Below are positions 11,179 to 20,424 of a stretch of DNA of 20,424 nt, piece after piece (within the stretch, counting starts at the first letter, position 1; each line of letters begins with the position of its first letter). This DNA is from Perkinsus olseni (lineage: Eukaryota): assembly GCA_013115125.1 (NCBI GenBank), contig JABANN010000066.1, positions 62,001 to 82,424 of the forward strand, given 5' to 3'. Under the pieces are notes generated by a model. The model ran no database searches, was not told where the DNA came from, and saw nothing but the letters and a program-made list of their open reading frames with translations. A program made the translations under genes and the position numbers.

Positions 11179-11210
11179 GCCGAGCAGCCATCTTGGCTCA
11201 TCAGGTACAG
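11179..11210 (+). other. Degenerate spliced-leader-like sequence
   Basis: GCCGAGC-AGCCATCTTGGCTCA-TCAG-GTACAG. Positions 11186-11200 match exactly 15 contiguous nt of the Perkinsus 22-nt spliced leader ACCGTAGCCATCTTGGCTCAAG (recalled from established knowledge). Confidence 0.55.
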
Positions 11211-11219
11211 AAAAACTCC

Positions 11220-12974
11220 TCACATGCGAGATAAACAATCAGCAGCGATTTCCGAGCTGAGTTTTTGAGCCAAAGCCTTCGCCTTATGGCCGTCACTGAG
11301 GGACACGACAAGCTCGGCAATCCAACTCGGCATACCATCCTCCGGCCCGACGACAGCCTCGCCGTCGTGGACGAGAGCGCTCAACTGCACCACCCCAGAG
11401 ATGTCACGGAACTTATCCAAAAACTCGATGCTGTCGACCACTCCAGATTTGGGAGCCCCAACGAAAGCATAGGCAATAGACATACCAGTTGACTTTATTG
11501 GGGGTCTTGAGGGAATGCCGACCGTCATCAGGAGCTGCTCGACGACGAGGTCGACGCCACTGACGTGCCTGTGGATGAGTCTGGTGGGGCCGCCTCCCAT
11601 TCTGGCATTGACCTCGATAAGGCGAGGCCCTCGGCTAGTGAACTTGCCCTCTACATGAAACACTCCGTGAGTAAAACCAATCGCAGCGACAGCGTCCTGA
11701 GCCATTTTCTTGAGACCAGCAACCTTCTCTTCGGGGAGAAGAGAAGGGAGGGCAGCCCAGGTCTCGGCAAAGTACGGTTCGACGGTCGGTCCGTTGTCAA
11801 TAACATAACAGAACCTGCACTCGCCATCGCAAAAGAGGCAGTCAACATCCACCTCGTCGCCATCTAAAAACTCCTCGAGCATCATGTCGAGAGCAATGAC
11901 ATGCTCAGCGTTGATACCGTCAGCCTCGATCGCTTCAGACACGGTAGAGTCGGTACGAACCTTAGTCACGCGTTCCAACGCCCCAGCCTTGACCCTCAGA
12001 CCAGCCATTAGGTGGACGAGATCCCCGTAGGTGCGTTTGAGGTCGTCCATGTCGGACACTTTCTGTACTCCGAGCGAAGCTGCTCCAGCAATGGGTTTGA
12101 GCACAGCGGGGAAGCCAACGTGTTGGGCCGCCAGCTCGAGCTGATTCGGATCCGTTATTAGGAAGTTCCGAATGGATGGCAGGCCCTTAGCCGTCATTAT
12201 GTCACGTGTCTTGTGCTTGTCACGAGCGATGTCAACGCACTCCACAGACGGGCCGGGGAGGCCTAGAGCCTCAGACAGCCTGGCGGCCATGGGCACGGCG
12301 AGCTCAATAAAAGTGCATATACCATCGACGGGTCCCACAAGAGGATCCTCCTCCAGCGACTTGATAGCATCCAAAGCCTGCTGGAAGAGCACCTCGTTGT
12401 CAGCGGTGAAGTCAATCGGAATGAACTTGGCGATGATCTCCTCAGCAACCATTTCCTCAGCCCAAGAATCTGGGCCGTCAATAACAACTACCTTAACACC
12501 GAGCTCAGCGGCCCTCTGGTAGATGAATTTCTTCCCCTTGTAGCCAGCGCAAAAAACAGCAATAGTCGCTCCACGCAGTAACTGTTGCCTCAGTGCTTGA
12601 CCCTCCTCACTATCATGCTCAAGCAGTTCTCGAGGGATCTGTTTGAGCATTTGAAATGTAGCAGTTGGAGTCAAATTAGCGGTAACTCTACTGCGCTCTT
12701 CGGGGGTCATGGCTTCGGGTAAGATAGACGTGCTGAGGAACATATCGGCCATAAACGGGGTTGATAAATCTAGGTTGAGTTGACCATCTTCGACGACCTC
12801 TAGACACATACCATCAAGTGAGGCAGTGCTCGGGGACCGCTGACGGGGTTTGGCCAGTGGAGACTGCCACGAGCCCTCGTTGGGCCTATTGTTGGCGACT
12901 TCGAGGGCTTCGTCAAAACTGAAAGTCATTGCGATACGACAAACAGCTGAACACTGCGCGGAAGAAGCGAACAT
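11220..12974 (-). CDS. ATP-grasp ligase, carnosine synthase / L-amino-acid ligase-like, intronless
   Basis: 584-aa ORF; an alternative start is the ATG at 12929 (MTFSFDEAL). ATP-grasp motifs: ARDKHKTR, GFPAVLKPIAGAASLGV, LEEFLDGDEVDVD, GVFHVE, LIEVNARMGGG. A pre-ATP-grasp Rossmann-like segment (IAVFCAGYKGK...LGVKVVVID) precedes them. Confidence 0.9.
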   Translation of the reverse strand: MFASSAQCSAVCRIAMTFSFDEALEVANNRPNEGSWQSPLAKPRQRSPSTASLDGMCLEVVEDGQLNLDLSTPFMADMFLSTSILPEAMTPEERSRVTANLTPTATFQMLKQIPRELLEHDSEEGQALRQQLLRGATIAVFCAGYKGKKFIYQRAAELGVKVVVIDGPDSWAEEMVAEEIIAKFIPIDFTADNEVLFQQALDAIKSLEEDPLVGPVDGICTFIELAVPMAARLSEALGLPGPSVECVDIARDKHKTRDIMTAKGLPSIRNFLITDPNQLELAAQHVGFPAVLKPIAGAASLGVQKVSDMDDLKRTYGDLVHLMAGLRVKAGALERVTKVRTDSTVSEAIEADGINAEHVIALDMMLEEFLDGDEVDVDCLFCDGECRFCYVIDNGPTVEPYFAETWAALPSLLPEEKVAGLKKMAQDAVAAIGFTHGVFHVEGKFTSRGPRLIEVNARMGGGPTRLIHRHVSGVDLVVEQLLMTVGIPSRPPIKSTGMSIAYAFVGAPKSGVVDSIEFLDKFRDISGVVQLSALVHDGEAVVGPEDGMPSWIAELVVSLSDGHKAKALAQKLSSEIAADCLSRM

Positions 12975-13578
12975 ATCAGGTAGGCGACCACTTCACCGGC
13001 AGAAGATCATCCATGACAGCGTGCAACATCATGTGACGCCGCGCCGAGATCGGCGGAGCGAAGCGCAATTTGTGTTTTTTTACGAAATCTGCGCGGGCCG
13101 GCGGCGGCAGCGGTATTGTTTCGCTGCTGGAGAAACCGCGACAGGACCAATTCCGGAGCAAGCCTTCCGAATCGCTAACCTCTATACCAACCGATCGCTA
13201 GAAGATTTGAATCCTCTCATTGTAGTCGGAACTCATCCGTTGAGCGATAGTAGCCTAGGTCCTGGGAGTAGTGGCTCAAATGTCTAGTAATCACCTCAAA
13301 TAGTTACTAAGCCTTTTACAAACAGTAGTTAGGCTATACTACACTGTAGTAACTACAGCAGAACTAGGGCTGCTATATTCTTCTGCAACTGCACTTCCAA
13401 CCGATCCACAATCGCCTGTAATCTATACGCCTCCAACTCGCTTTCAAAAAGCAGTAGTTCGACCTCGAGCGTTTCAAATATCTAGTCGTTTCAGCTTGTT
13501 CGGGGATTGGCGCCTAGCCTGGGCGCACGTGACCTTACAACTCATCAAGACAGTCGTGTAAAGCTGCTTTACAGATAT

Positions 13579-13706
13579 TGAATTTGGGCGCGGATGGAGT
13601 TCAAGGAAGAATTCCGCAATCTGTATTTTAAGCCCGGGAATGATTTTCAGAATCATCTCTGGGTTTGAGAATTTGCTCAAGATGTCGGCTGGCGCGATAA
13701 TTTTTG
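13579..13706. repeat. 128-bp direct repeat, copy 1
   Basis: tgaatttgggcgcgg...ggcgcgataatttttg is identical to 13946-14073 by eye. The match extends 5 nt further left with one mismatch (gatat vs gatag). Confidence 0.95.
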
Positions 13707-13945
13707 TCTGCAGAGTTGTCGTCTGGTTTGCGGGTCTTGATGCATCGTAGCTCACGACGGAACCTTCTGTCTTGCGCACCGTAGTAGGCAAGCATGTCTA
13801 TACTACTTACTATTGATTGGCCTGTGCTTGCGGGCGCTTGTCTGTCTGTTTGGCTGGTTAAGGTTGATAAACGTTTCACTTGTGATCCGTATAATCTACC
13901 ATGTCAGACGTGTATAATTCCGTTTCCACTCAAAAAAAAAGATAG

Positions 13946-14073
13946 TGAATTTGGGCGCGGATGGAGTTCAAGGAAGAATTCCGCAATCTGTATTTTAAGC
14001 CCGGGAATGATTTTCAGAATCATCTCTGGGTTTGAGAATTTGCTCAAGATGTCGGCTGGCGCGATAATTTTTG
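13946..14073. repeat. 128-bp direct repeat, copy 2
   Basis: Identical to 13579-13706, offset 367 nt, and preceded by an A9 run at 13932-13940. Confidence 0.95.
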
Positions 14074-14211
14074 CGGTCGACCTTCGTTAATCACTGCTTC
14101 AAGTGCCCGACCCCCACTCGCGCGCCATGTGGCCTCATCGTTGCACGTAGCATAGCGGCCTCATGGTTGCACGTGGAAGCTGTCGAGTTTCATCGTCTTC
14201 TAACAAATATA

Positions 14212-16404
14212 ATGTCACCAACAAAAAGTTACAAGCAGCGGCGGTCTCAAGGGGCTCCATCGCCCTCCGTTTGTTTCGACTCTGAGGACTTCGCATCTGA
14301 TAGCCCTAATAGGAGTGACGGACGGCTAATGCGTGTTAGTCAGAGGCAGACGCTGCAGGTTCTCGACGATCGTCGCGCGGCCCCTCACCAAAAACAGCGG
14401 GTCAACGAAGGATCCGACGGTCGCAGAGAGGACGGAGTGGCCTTGGTGCGAGCAGCCCTCCCCGATCGAGGTACCTATATTGCGCTGTCAGCCTGAAAGT
14501 GTTAGGAGAGTAGTCGGTCAGCAGGTTCATAGCTGACGATTGGGTTGGCAGTTACACTAGCAAACCAACATGCATGCCTCGCGGCTTCCATTATGGGGGC
14601 GCTCTAGGAGAGGTAGTGTCGTCGACTGCCACATCTCGAAACTTTATATCAACAGTATCAGGGATCGTACGGCTGTGTGGTAGCCGCGACACGGACGCCT
14701 GATGGTGCACCGGTGGCGCTGAAGATGTTCTCGAACACGTCCCACATCGTGCAGCCTAGCTCAAGTGACCCTGACTGGTCTACTCTTAGAGAGCTCAGAG
14801 TCTTGCGGCTCTTGCCTTCTTGTGAGTTCATTGTACCACCACTAGAGGTAATGCTGCCGTTCGTCGCCACTGTACTGCCAGACAACAGCTGTAGGTTGTT
14901 CGATGCGGTCCAGGCGACCGCACATTATGCCTCGTCTCGGAGATGATGGGTGAGTCTCTGGAGTCCTACATTTACTACGTCTACACTCAAAGCTACTCCC
15001 CGCATTCCGTGGCAACTGCGACCTCGTCGTCCAGCGGCAGTGGTGGTGACTCCGGCGAGCCAATGTAGTACTGTTGATGTCGTGTGCTCGACTTAGAAAT
15101 CTTCGACGCGTCGGACAAAGCGGATTTCTGTCCGGTATGGACCCAGCTCGAAGTCTTTTCCCCGGTCTTCGGCAATGAAACTCTGATACTCAGTTGTCGC
15201 TTGCTCCTAGGGCGAGTCCGAATTCATAGCGCCCTCGCTAATACCCGACGGGACAGGTGTTGATGTTCTGGCATCCTTTGTTTCGCAGGAGTCCAAATCT
15301 ACTTAATACTTTCAACCACTGCTCGATCCGCTGGATTGCCCAACTCCTATGTGCCCTGCAATTCCTCCATGACTGTGGAGTTGGCCATCGAGACGTCAAA
15401 TGCGCAAATATCCTTCTGCCACTAGGCGCTGGGCGGGCACTAGAGACAGCAGGCTCAGTACACCGACTAAGAGTGTGAGTACAACACTAAATGATGAGGG
15501 TTCAGTGAACCACGCCGTAGGCCCAAGGTCAAGCTGTGTGACTTTGGTCTAGCTCGTCCCTACGTTCGACAGCGAGATAAGACTCGAGAAAGCCCCAGGA
15601 GCAGGAGGAGGGACACGGCTCCTGAGAGACTTCATAGGGCTTCAGACTATGGAGGGTGAGGTGTGGCCCGATGACCATTCCTGACGGGGCGGGGCAGGTA
15701 CACGCAGCATGTGGGGACTCCGGTGTGTTTGGCACCGGAGGTCCTGTGTTGGTCGAAGTACTACAGCCTGGCTGAGGCGGACCTGTGGAGCTTGGCAGCT
15801 GATGTCATAGCACGACTGGTATCAGGGCCCTGGCCTTGCGGTCTCTTCTCGGAAGACTATGGCGGTGTTGGCTACATCGAGGGTAGGCAGGTGCATCTTA
15901 ACCTACATGACATGGGTGAATGGCAGGAAGTAAACTGGATGATATCCATGATCAAGACGGATGGATACTACGGCGAATAGCGTCGGTCATCGGCAGGCCT
16001 TCGGATAGGGAGCTCAAAGCGATCTGCAGGTGCGGTCGGGATCGGCTGCCTAAGAGCGATTCTTCTTTCACTCAGGAACCTTCCCTACCGTCGCGTCCTC
16101 GAGAGCCAGTACTTCTCCGACCTGCCAGCATCGTCCTCGGACAGCGCTGATTCAGGACTGCGAGAGTAGGCAAGGCAGCGGCTGTTCGGTGGGCCCGATC
16201 TTAGTGATGGTACCCAGGCTCTACGAGACCTGCTGCCCCACTGGCTACAGCCTTCTGAGGAGCATACTTCGGTGGGACCCCGCGGATCGAGCCACCCTGC
16301 CGGATGCGATGGCCAACGAGTTTTTTTATACGATGGGGGACGAGGAATGGCCTGTCTGTGACTGGAAAGCTGAGGAACTTCCGTACTCGAAGGAGTTTGA
16401 GTAG
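14212..16404 (+). CDS. Multi-exon Ser/Thr protein kinase, CMGC/CDK-like
   Basis: Spliced subdomains occur in order: LGE|GSYGCV (Gly loop split by intron 14613-14661), VALKMF, PDWSTLRELRVL (helix C), LCLVSEMM, HRDVKCANILL, VKLCDFGLAR, YTQHVGTPVCLAPE, ADLWSL, LRWDPADRAT...NEFF. Introns 14315-14358 and 14471-14524 join an S/R-rich N-terminus in frame. Exons in 14990-15290 and 15880-16190 are uncertain. Confidence 0.88.
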
Positions 16405-17263
16405 TACCGCAGCTAGGCGCTTACGTACTGCCTGAGCCATACTATTCAGTTACGAAGCTGGGGACTCTTGGGACAGTGTAGCCTTGGAGGCCGAGATGGC
16501 CTGGGAAGTAGAGGCGTGGCGCCAGCGCAAGGCCTCCAATTGCCATTCACGTCCTCGTGGACGAACGCGAAAAAGCTGTTGAACCGTACTGATTCGCGTA
16601 CTGATGGGTTCGCATCATCGCGATGCTTTTCGCTTCGTAATTGTGGCACTTGCCGGGTCGTGAGGAGCAGTGGCCGTTTGAATGCGAGCTCGGCTGCTAC
16701 TCCGTGATACCGCAGTCCAGACCGTAGACGCTCTCCTCTCTCTTGTTGTACTGCAGCCTGGTATCCCTTAGTGAAGCTTTCACGGACGTTCGATCAGTAT
16801 TCTTCGAATTCAGCATGCATTGTTATGGTCATGTCGAGCATGGAATGGTCCATTGGTGGCATTGTTATTACTATCATCGTTGCTACCGCGACATTTGCCG
16901 CTCTTTTGATTGTCATAGTACACTAAAGCATAAGGTGACGTGCACTTAGTATGAGTAGTTTCACCCATCGACCACCTTTACTGTGTTGAGTCCAGTATCA
17001 GTATCAAGGCATAAGCAGTTCATTACAGTGTTGTGTTCGCTGCCCTTCCAATTATCAAATCTCGACTCCGTGGAGACCATGGGGGGGCAGACTTAGAATG
17101 ACACTCCTATGATAACGAAACACGCTATTTGTGAGGACTCGCAAGAAAAGGCTTGGTAGTGGAATTGTTGTTCATCAAGGGAACACGCTGGCTTCCTGCC
17201 ATCACGAGCCACGGGACTGCACAACAGGCAGCGAGAAAAACGAAAATGGAATAGTCACATAGT

Positions 17264-17854
17264 TTAGTTCTTGCACTGGTCAGGGGACAAGCTAAGGTTA
17301 AGAGCACCAGCAACGGAGACCTTGAAGACATTAGTGTTAGCGTTATAGCTGCACTTCATGAACTCCGACAACTGCTGAGTGTTCATGCCGAGAGATTTGG
17401 CCAGCTTGATGAGATCAGAGTTATTCCAGTCGGGCTCGACAGTAGTGCAATCAGACTCCATAGTATAACCAATGTTCTTGGCGTCGATCATGCCGGCAAC
17501 ATCAAGATCGAAAGAATTGTCGTGGAGTTCGACACTCGCGGGCATGCCCATAGCAGCGCCGCAGTACTCACCCTCGGGCTTCTTGCAGCTAGAAGAGCTA
17601 CCGGTCGTAGACTCGGAAGGAGAACCAGTGGTCTGCTGTCCCTGAGTGGGAGCGGCAGTAGTCTGCTGCTGCTCGGTATTGGAACCGGCGGTAGTGACAA
17701 CCTCAGAAGAAGTGGGCTCCATGAACTTGGTGGTGGACGCCTGAGGGGCGATGGTAGTCGCAGCCGGAGCGGCAGTGGTAGTGGTACTATCAGAGCTGCA
17801 TCCGGTGAGAGAGACGGCAACGACAGCACTGGCGACAGCAGCGATGAACTTCAT
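17264..17854 (-). CDS. Secreted/surface protein, paralogue 1 (signal peptide ending LTGC, Ser/Thr-rich linker, Cys-containing C-terminal domain)
   Basis: 196-aa intronless ORF starting MKFIAAVASAVVAVSLTGCSSDSTTTTAAP, with a CKKPEGEYCG motif. Clearly paralogous to 18603..19094. Confidence 0.88.
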   Translation of the reverse strand: MKFIAAVASAVVAVSLTGCSSDSTTTTAAPAATTIAPQASTTKFMEPTSSEVVTTAGSNTEQQQTTAAPTQGQQTTGSPSESTTGSSSSCKKPEGEYCGAAMGMPASVELHDNSFDLDVAGMIDAKNIGYTMESDCTTVEPDWNNSDLIKLAKSLGMNTQQLSEFMKCSYNANTNVFKVSVAGALNLSLSPDQCKN

Positions 17855-18602
17855 GTTACGTAGAGTAGAAGTGATGAAAGTAGGAACGAGGGAACCTTCT
17901 CCTGACGGGCGGCTTAGCTAGCAGGGGACAGGCTTTGTGATATGCCCGTCTCCCTTTGCGTGGCTATTCCCACTAGCGTTACTGTTGTCCCGGTGCGGAG
18001 CCCAGTAGGGCCAAGTCTATCGCAATGGTCGCATCTTATTGAAGTATGAAGCCCTTTCTTCCTTAGTGGGCGTCTCCGAACCGGAATATACCGGCAGTGG
18101 GCCTTTGCGAGGAACTCAGGCGAGCTAGCGGCTTCGTGATAAGTAGACGATTTGAGTTACCCGCGCTTTTCGATAATCATGTAACCTTCTGGTCTCACCT
18201 CCAATCACCTCTATCCTTGTGGTTACGGAGAAGCCTTCATGCTTATAAAACTTTATCATGATTGCTAATGTGGCATGTAGTATTCTCACACTCTCGTCAC
18301 TACTAGTTCGCTTCTGGATGGTGAACTTGCGCTCCCATACGTAGTCCGTTCTCGACAAGGACTACCACAATGATTGCGTTCCATCACTGAGAATCTCGCC
18401 CGACTCCAACTGGCAACACAATGCTATGATGATTGTCTACTCGACAGAAAGAGGAAGAAACTGTCAGTAGGAATGTACACTGCTGCGACTGCAGAGCGCG
18501 ATGAACACGCTAACTGGATATGATAACAGAAAGAAGGATTAAGAACACTAGGACAACCCCTGCAACTTCAGAAGAGTCCCTTTACAACCGAAAGGCTCCT
18601 AA

Positions 18603-19094
18603 TTAGGCCGAGCACTGATCGGTTGTCATGTCCAAGGAGTGGCCACAAATTTGAGTAACGTCGAGGGTGAAAACGTTGGAAGTGGAGTTGAAGTCACACA
18701 ACATCATCTTCGACAACATGGAGGTCTCCATCTGAGCGGCCTTGGCCATAGCCTCGTAAGAGGGGCTACTCGAATCAAGAACAAGCTCGGAGCAATCGGA
18801 GGACATGGTATAAGGAACGTTATCACAGGACATCATGCCAGCGAGGTTCATCGAGAACTTGTCACCCTCGATGGTCACGGAACCGGGCTGACCCATGAAG
18901 CTACCGCAGTACTTGCCGCTAGGCTTCTGACAAGTGACAGAGCCGGTGGGGGCGCTGCTAGTGGGCTTGAGGAAGCCCGTGGTAGGGGCCGCGGTAGTAG
19001 TCGTGGGAGCGGCAGTGGTAGTGGTACTATCAGAGCTGCATCCGTTGAGGGAGACGGCGACGAGAGCACTGGCAACAGCGGCGATGACCTTCAT
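18603..19094 (-). CDS. Secreted/surface protein, paralogue 2
   Basis: 163-aa intronless ORF starting MKVIAAVASALVAVSLNGCSSDSTTTTAAP, with CQKPSGKYCG, YTMSSDC, NVF and a terminal DQC shared with paralogue 1. Confidence 0.88.
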   Translation of the reverse strand: MKVIAAVASALVAVSLNGCSSDSTTTTAAPTTTTAAPTTGFLKPTSSAPTGSVTCQKPSGKYCGSFMGQPGSVTIEGDKFSMNLAGMMSCDNVPYTMSSDCSELVLDSSSPSYEAMAKAAQMETSMLSKMMLCDFNSTSNVFTLDVTQICGHSLDMTTDQCSA

Positions 19095-20233
19095 GATAGC
19101 TGTGATAACGAGCAGGAGAAGAAAGACTCTTTCTGAAAGAGGAAGTGATTCGCAAGGCGACTAGCGCATAGCTAAATCCCTGAGAGACAAGCTTTGTGAC
19201 GCGCGGCAGAGTACAGATTTCGAGACTATGCTCAGTGAGAGTTTTGAGATTCAACTGAACTCATCCCTGGCTCAAACAGTGCTGTTCGTCGTCGGCCGCC
19301 TACAGTGGCCTCCTCTCCCGCGAAATAGCTGAGTATTGCGCTCTGAGAAACAGTTGCAGGTCTTGCGGGCTTCACAAAAGGTTTGAGCGGAGGAGTTATC
19401 CTGAGAATCCATCAAGGCTCCTTTGGACTGGACCAATATCATCAGGTCGGACCGGTCATGGACGCAGGCAGATCTGGAATGGCCGGTTTCGACTTTATGA
19501 AGAGCTAGGGAGAAGTTCGGCTTGCAGCCGGACTGCACGCATGCGCAACGTTGGACATTTGCGCCAGAAATGGTTCAACTCCCGTGCATAGACTGGGCGG
19601 GTTATGTGTATAGCGTTGGCGTGTAGTTTACGTATTCAATCGCAGGGGCCCTACTTCCGGCATGATTTCGTTAGAGATTATGGTTCAGAATGCGAAATTC
19701 GGGTCAGGAAATGGATCCCAACGCAGGCTCGTGGTCAACGAGTCGTAGCGTCGGGGATGGGAATTTCGCTTGCCGCAGGATGAGAGTATGTTACTACAAC
19801 GGCTACTACAGGGTGAGTAATGTAGCCGGCTTACGAGCCGGAAATAAGAGTCTCACATTGTCCGGTACTACGGGGCGAGTCCCGCTCCTGCATATCGACA
19901 TACAGCTGAGTGGGCAGTCCAGGCTCTCTCCCGTTTACGAAACTCATCGACTCGCTAAAACTAAACAACCTCTATGCTCCCAGTCATAGAAAGGTGAAAG
20001 AAGCCGCACGGCAGAGCATAACGCTCAAACAGGCAAATGGAAGTCCCAAATATGAAAACTAACACATACTGGTGACCAAGGCACATGACGGTATGATCCG
20101 CACAGTGTCTACGCTACCGACCTCCAGAAGAAATTGCAGTTAGTACAGCCAGAAGTGTTTCATTGCCGAGTAGGCCACAACAGCAACAGACAAGAGAGAT
20201 GAGTCCAGTTAGCAGAGAGATAAATCAAATGCC

Positions 20234-20424
20234 TTAGTAACCGTGATGGTCATGATTGTTTTCAGGCTCACAGGCGTCATGAGACATGATCACTGAGACC
20301 TTCGGCTTCCACTCCAGATGGAAGCTATCACTAGGAAGACTGTAAGTGATAGTGAGCACCTCCTTGAGCTGATCCGTGGTAAGGCCGAATTCTTGAGCTA
20401 CACTTTCCATCGCCTCATAATCGG
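20234..20424 (-). CDS. Secreted/surface protein, paralogue 3, 3' end only (runs off the window)
   Basis: Hand translation 20422->20234 gives DYEAMESVAQEFGLTTDQLKEVLTITYSLPSDSFHLEWKPKVSVIMSHDACEPENNHDHHGY*. It aligns with the C-termini of paralogues 1 and 2 (YEAM, G-x-x-T-x-QL, Y...F, D-x-C). Not in the supplied ORF track. Confidence 0.7.
   Translation of the reverse strand, partial: DYEAMESVAQEFGLTTDQLKEVLTITYSLPSDSFHLEWKPKVSVIMSHDACEPENNHDHHGY

Noticed and set aside
11170-11204. CUGAUGA followed by a small stem on the minus strand, resembling a hammerhead ribozyme core
   Set aside because: The required GAAA after stem II is absent (the sequence reads UGCU).
11262-11276. Partial SL-like TTGGCTCAA on the minus strand, and CTGGCTCAA near 19267 on the plus strand
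   Set aside because: Only about 9 nt. The first is explained by coding sequence (ALAQK), and both are expected by chance.
13325-13356. Short palindrome ACTACA-C-TGTAGT flanked by GTAGTT/AACTAC
   Set aside because: Too short and low in complexity to separate from chance.
13579-14073. Repeat pair as a CRISPR array or LTR element
   Set aside because: Only two 128-bp units with a 239-nt spacer, no cas, gag or pol sequence, no TG...CA ends, and a eukaryotic context.
13474-14090. ORFs 13474..13791 (-), 13628..13879 (-) and 13794..14090 (+) crossing the 128-bp repeat
   Set aside because: They read the same repeat on different strands and frames with no protein-like signal, so the repeat is treated as non-coding.
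17488-19164. Overlapping alternative-frame and antisense ORFs (17488..17829, 17522..17863, 18639..19136, 18934..19164)
   Set aside because: Shadows of the codon-biased, Thr/Ser-rich secreted-protein genes.
19272-19989. ORFs 19272..19538 (-) and 19690..19989 (+)
   Set aside because: No similarity to the flanking paralogues or to any family I recognise.

Overview
Eukaryotic protist genomic DNA, most likely a perkinsid alveolate (Perkinsus-like). This is an inference from compact genes with many roughly 40-55 nt GT-AG introns, a gene set typical of this group, and a 15-nt match to the Perkinsus spliced leader. From left to right: (1) a 5'-truncated, intronless GH35 beta-galactosidase with one frameshift near 1685; (2) a small two-exon gene on the minus strand; (3) a poorly resolved Ser/Arg-rich gene; (4) a 14-exon MO25/CAB39 homologue with large insertions; (5) two tandem spliced single-PDZ genes and an unresolved hypothetical gene; (6) an intronless ATP-grasp ligase (carnosine-synthase/L-amino-acid-ligase-like) on the minus strand; (7) a divergent intergenic region holding a perfect 128-bp direct repeat with predicted hairpins; (8) a spliced CDK-like kinase; (9) a tandem array of at least three intronless secreted-protein paralogues, two of them with a lipobox-like L-x-G-C signal peptide. 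The third paralogue runs off the right edge and is absent from the ORF track. All gene models were built by hand and need transcript confirmation.
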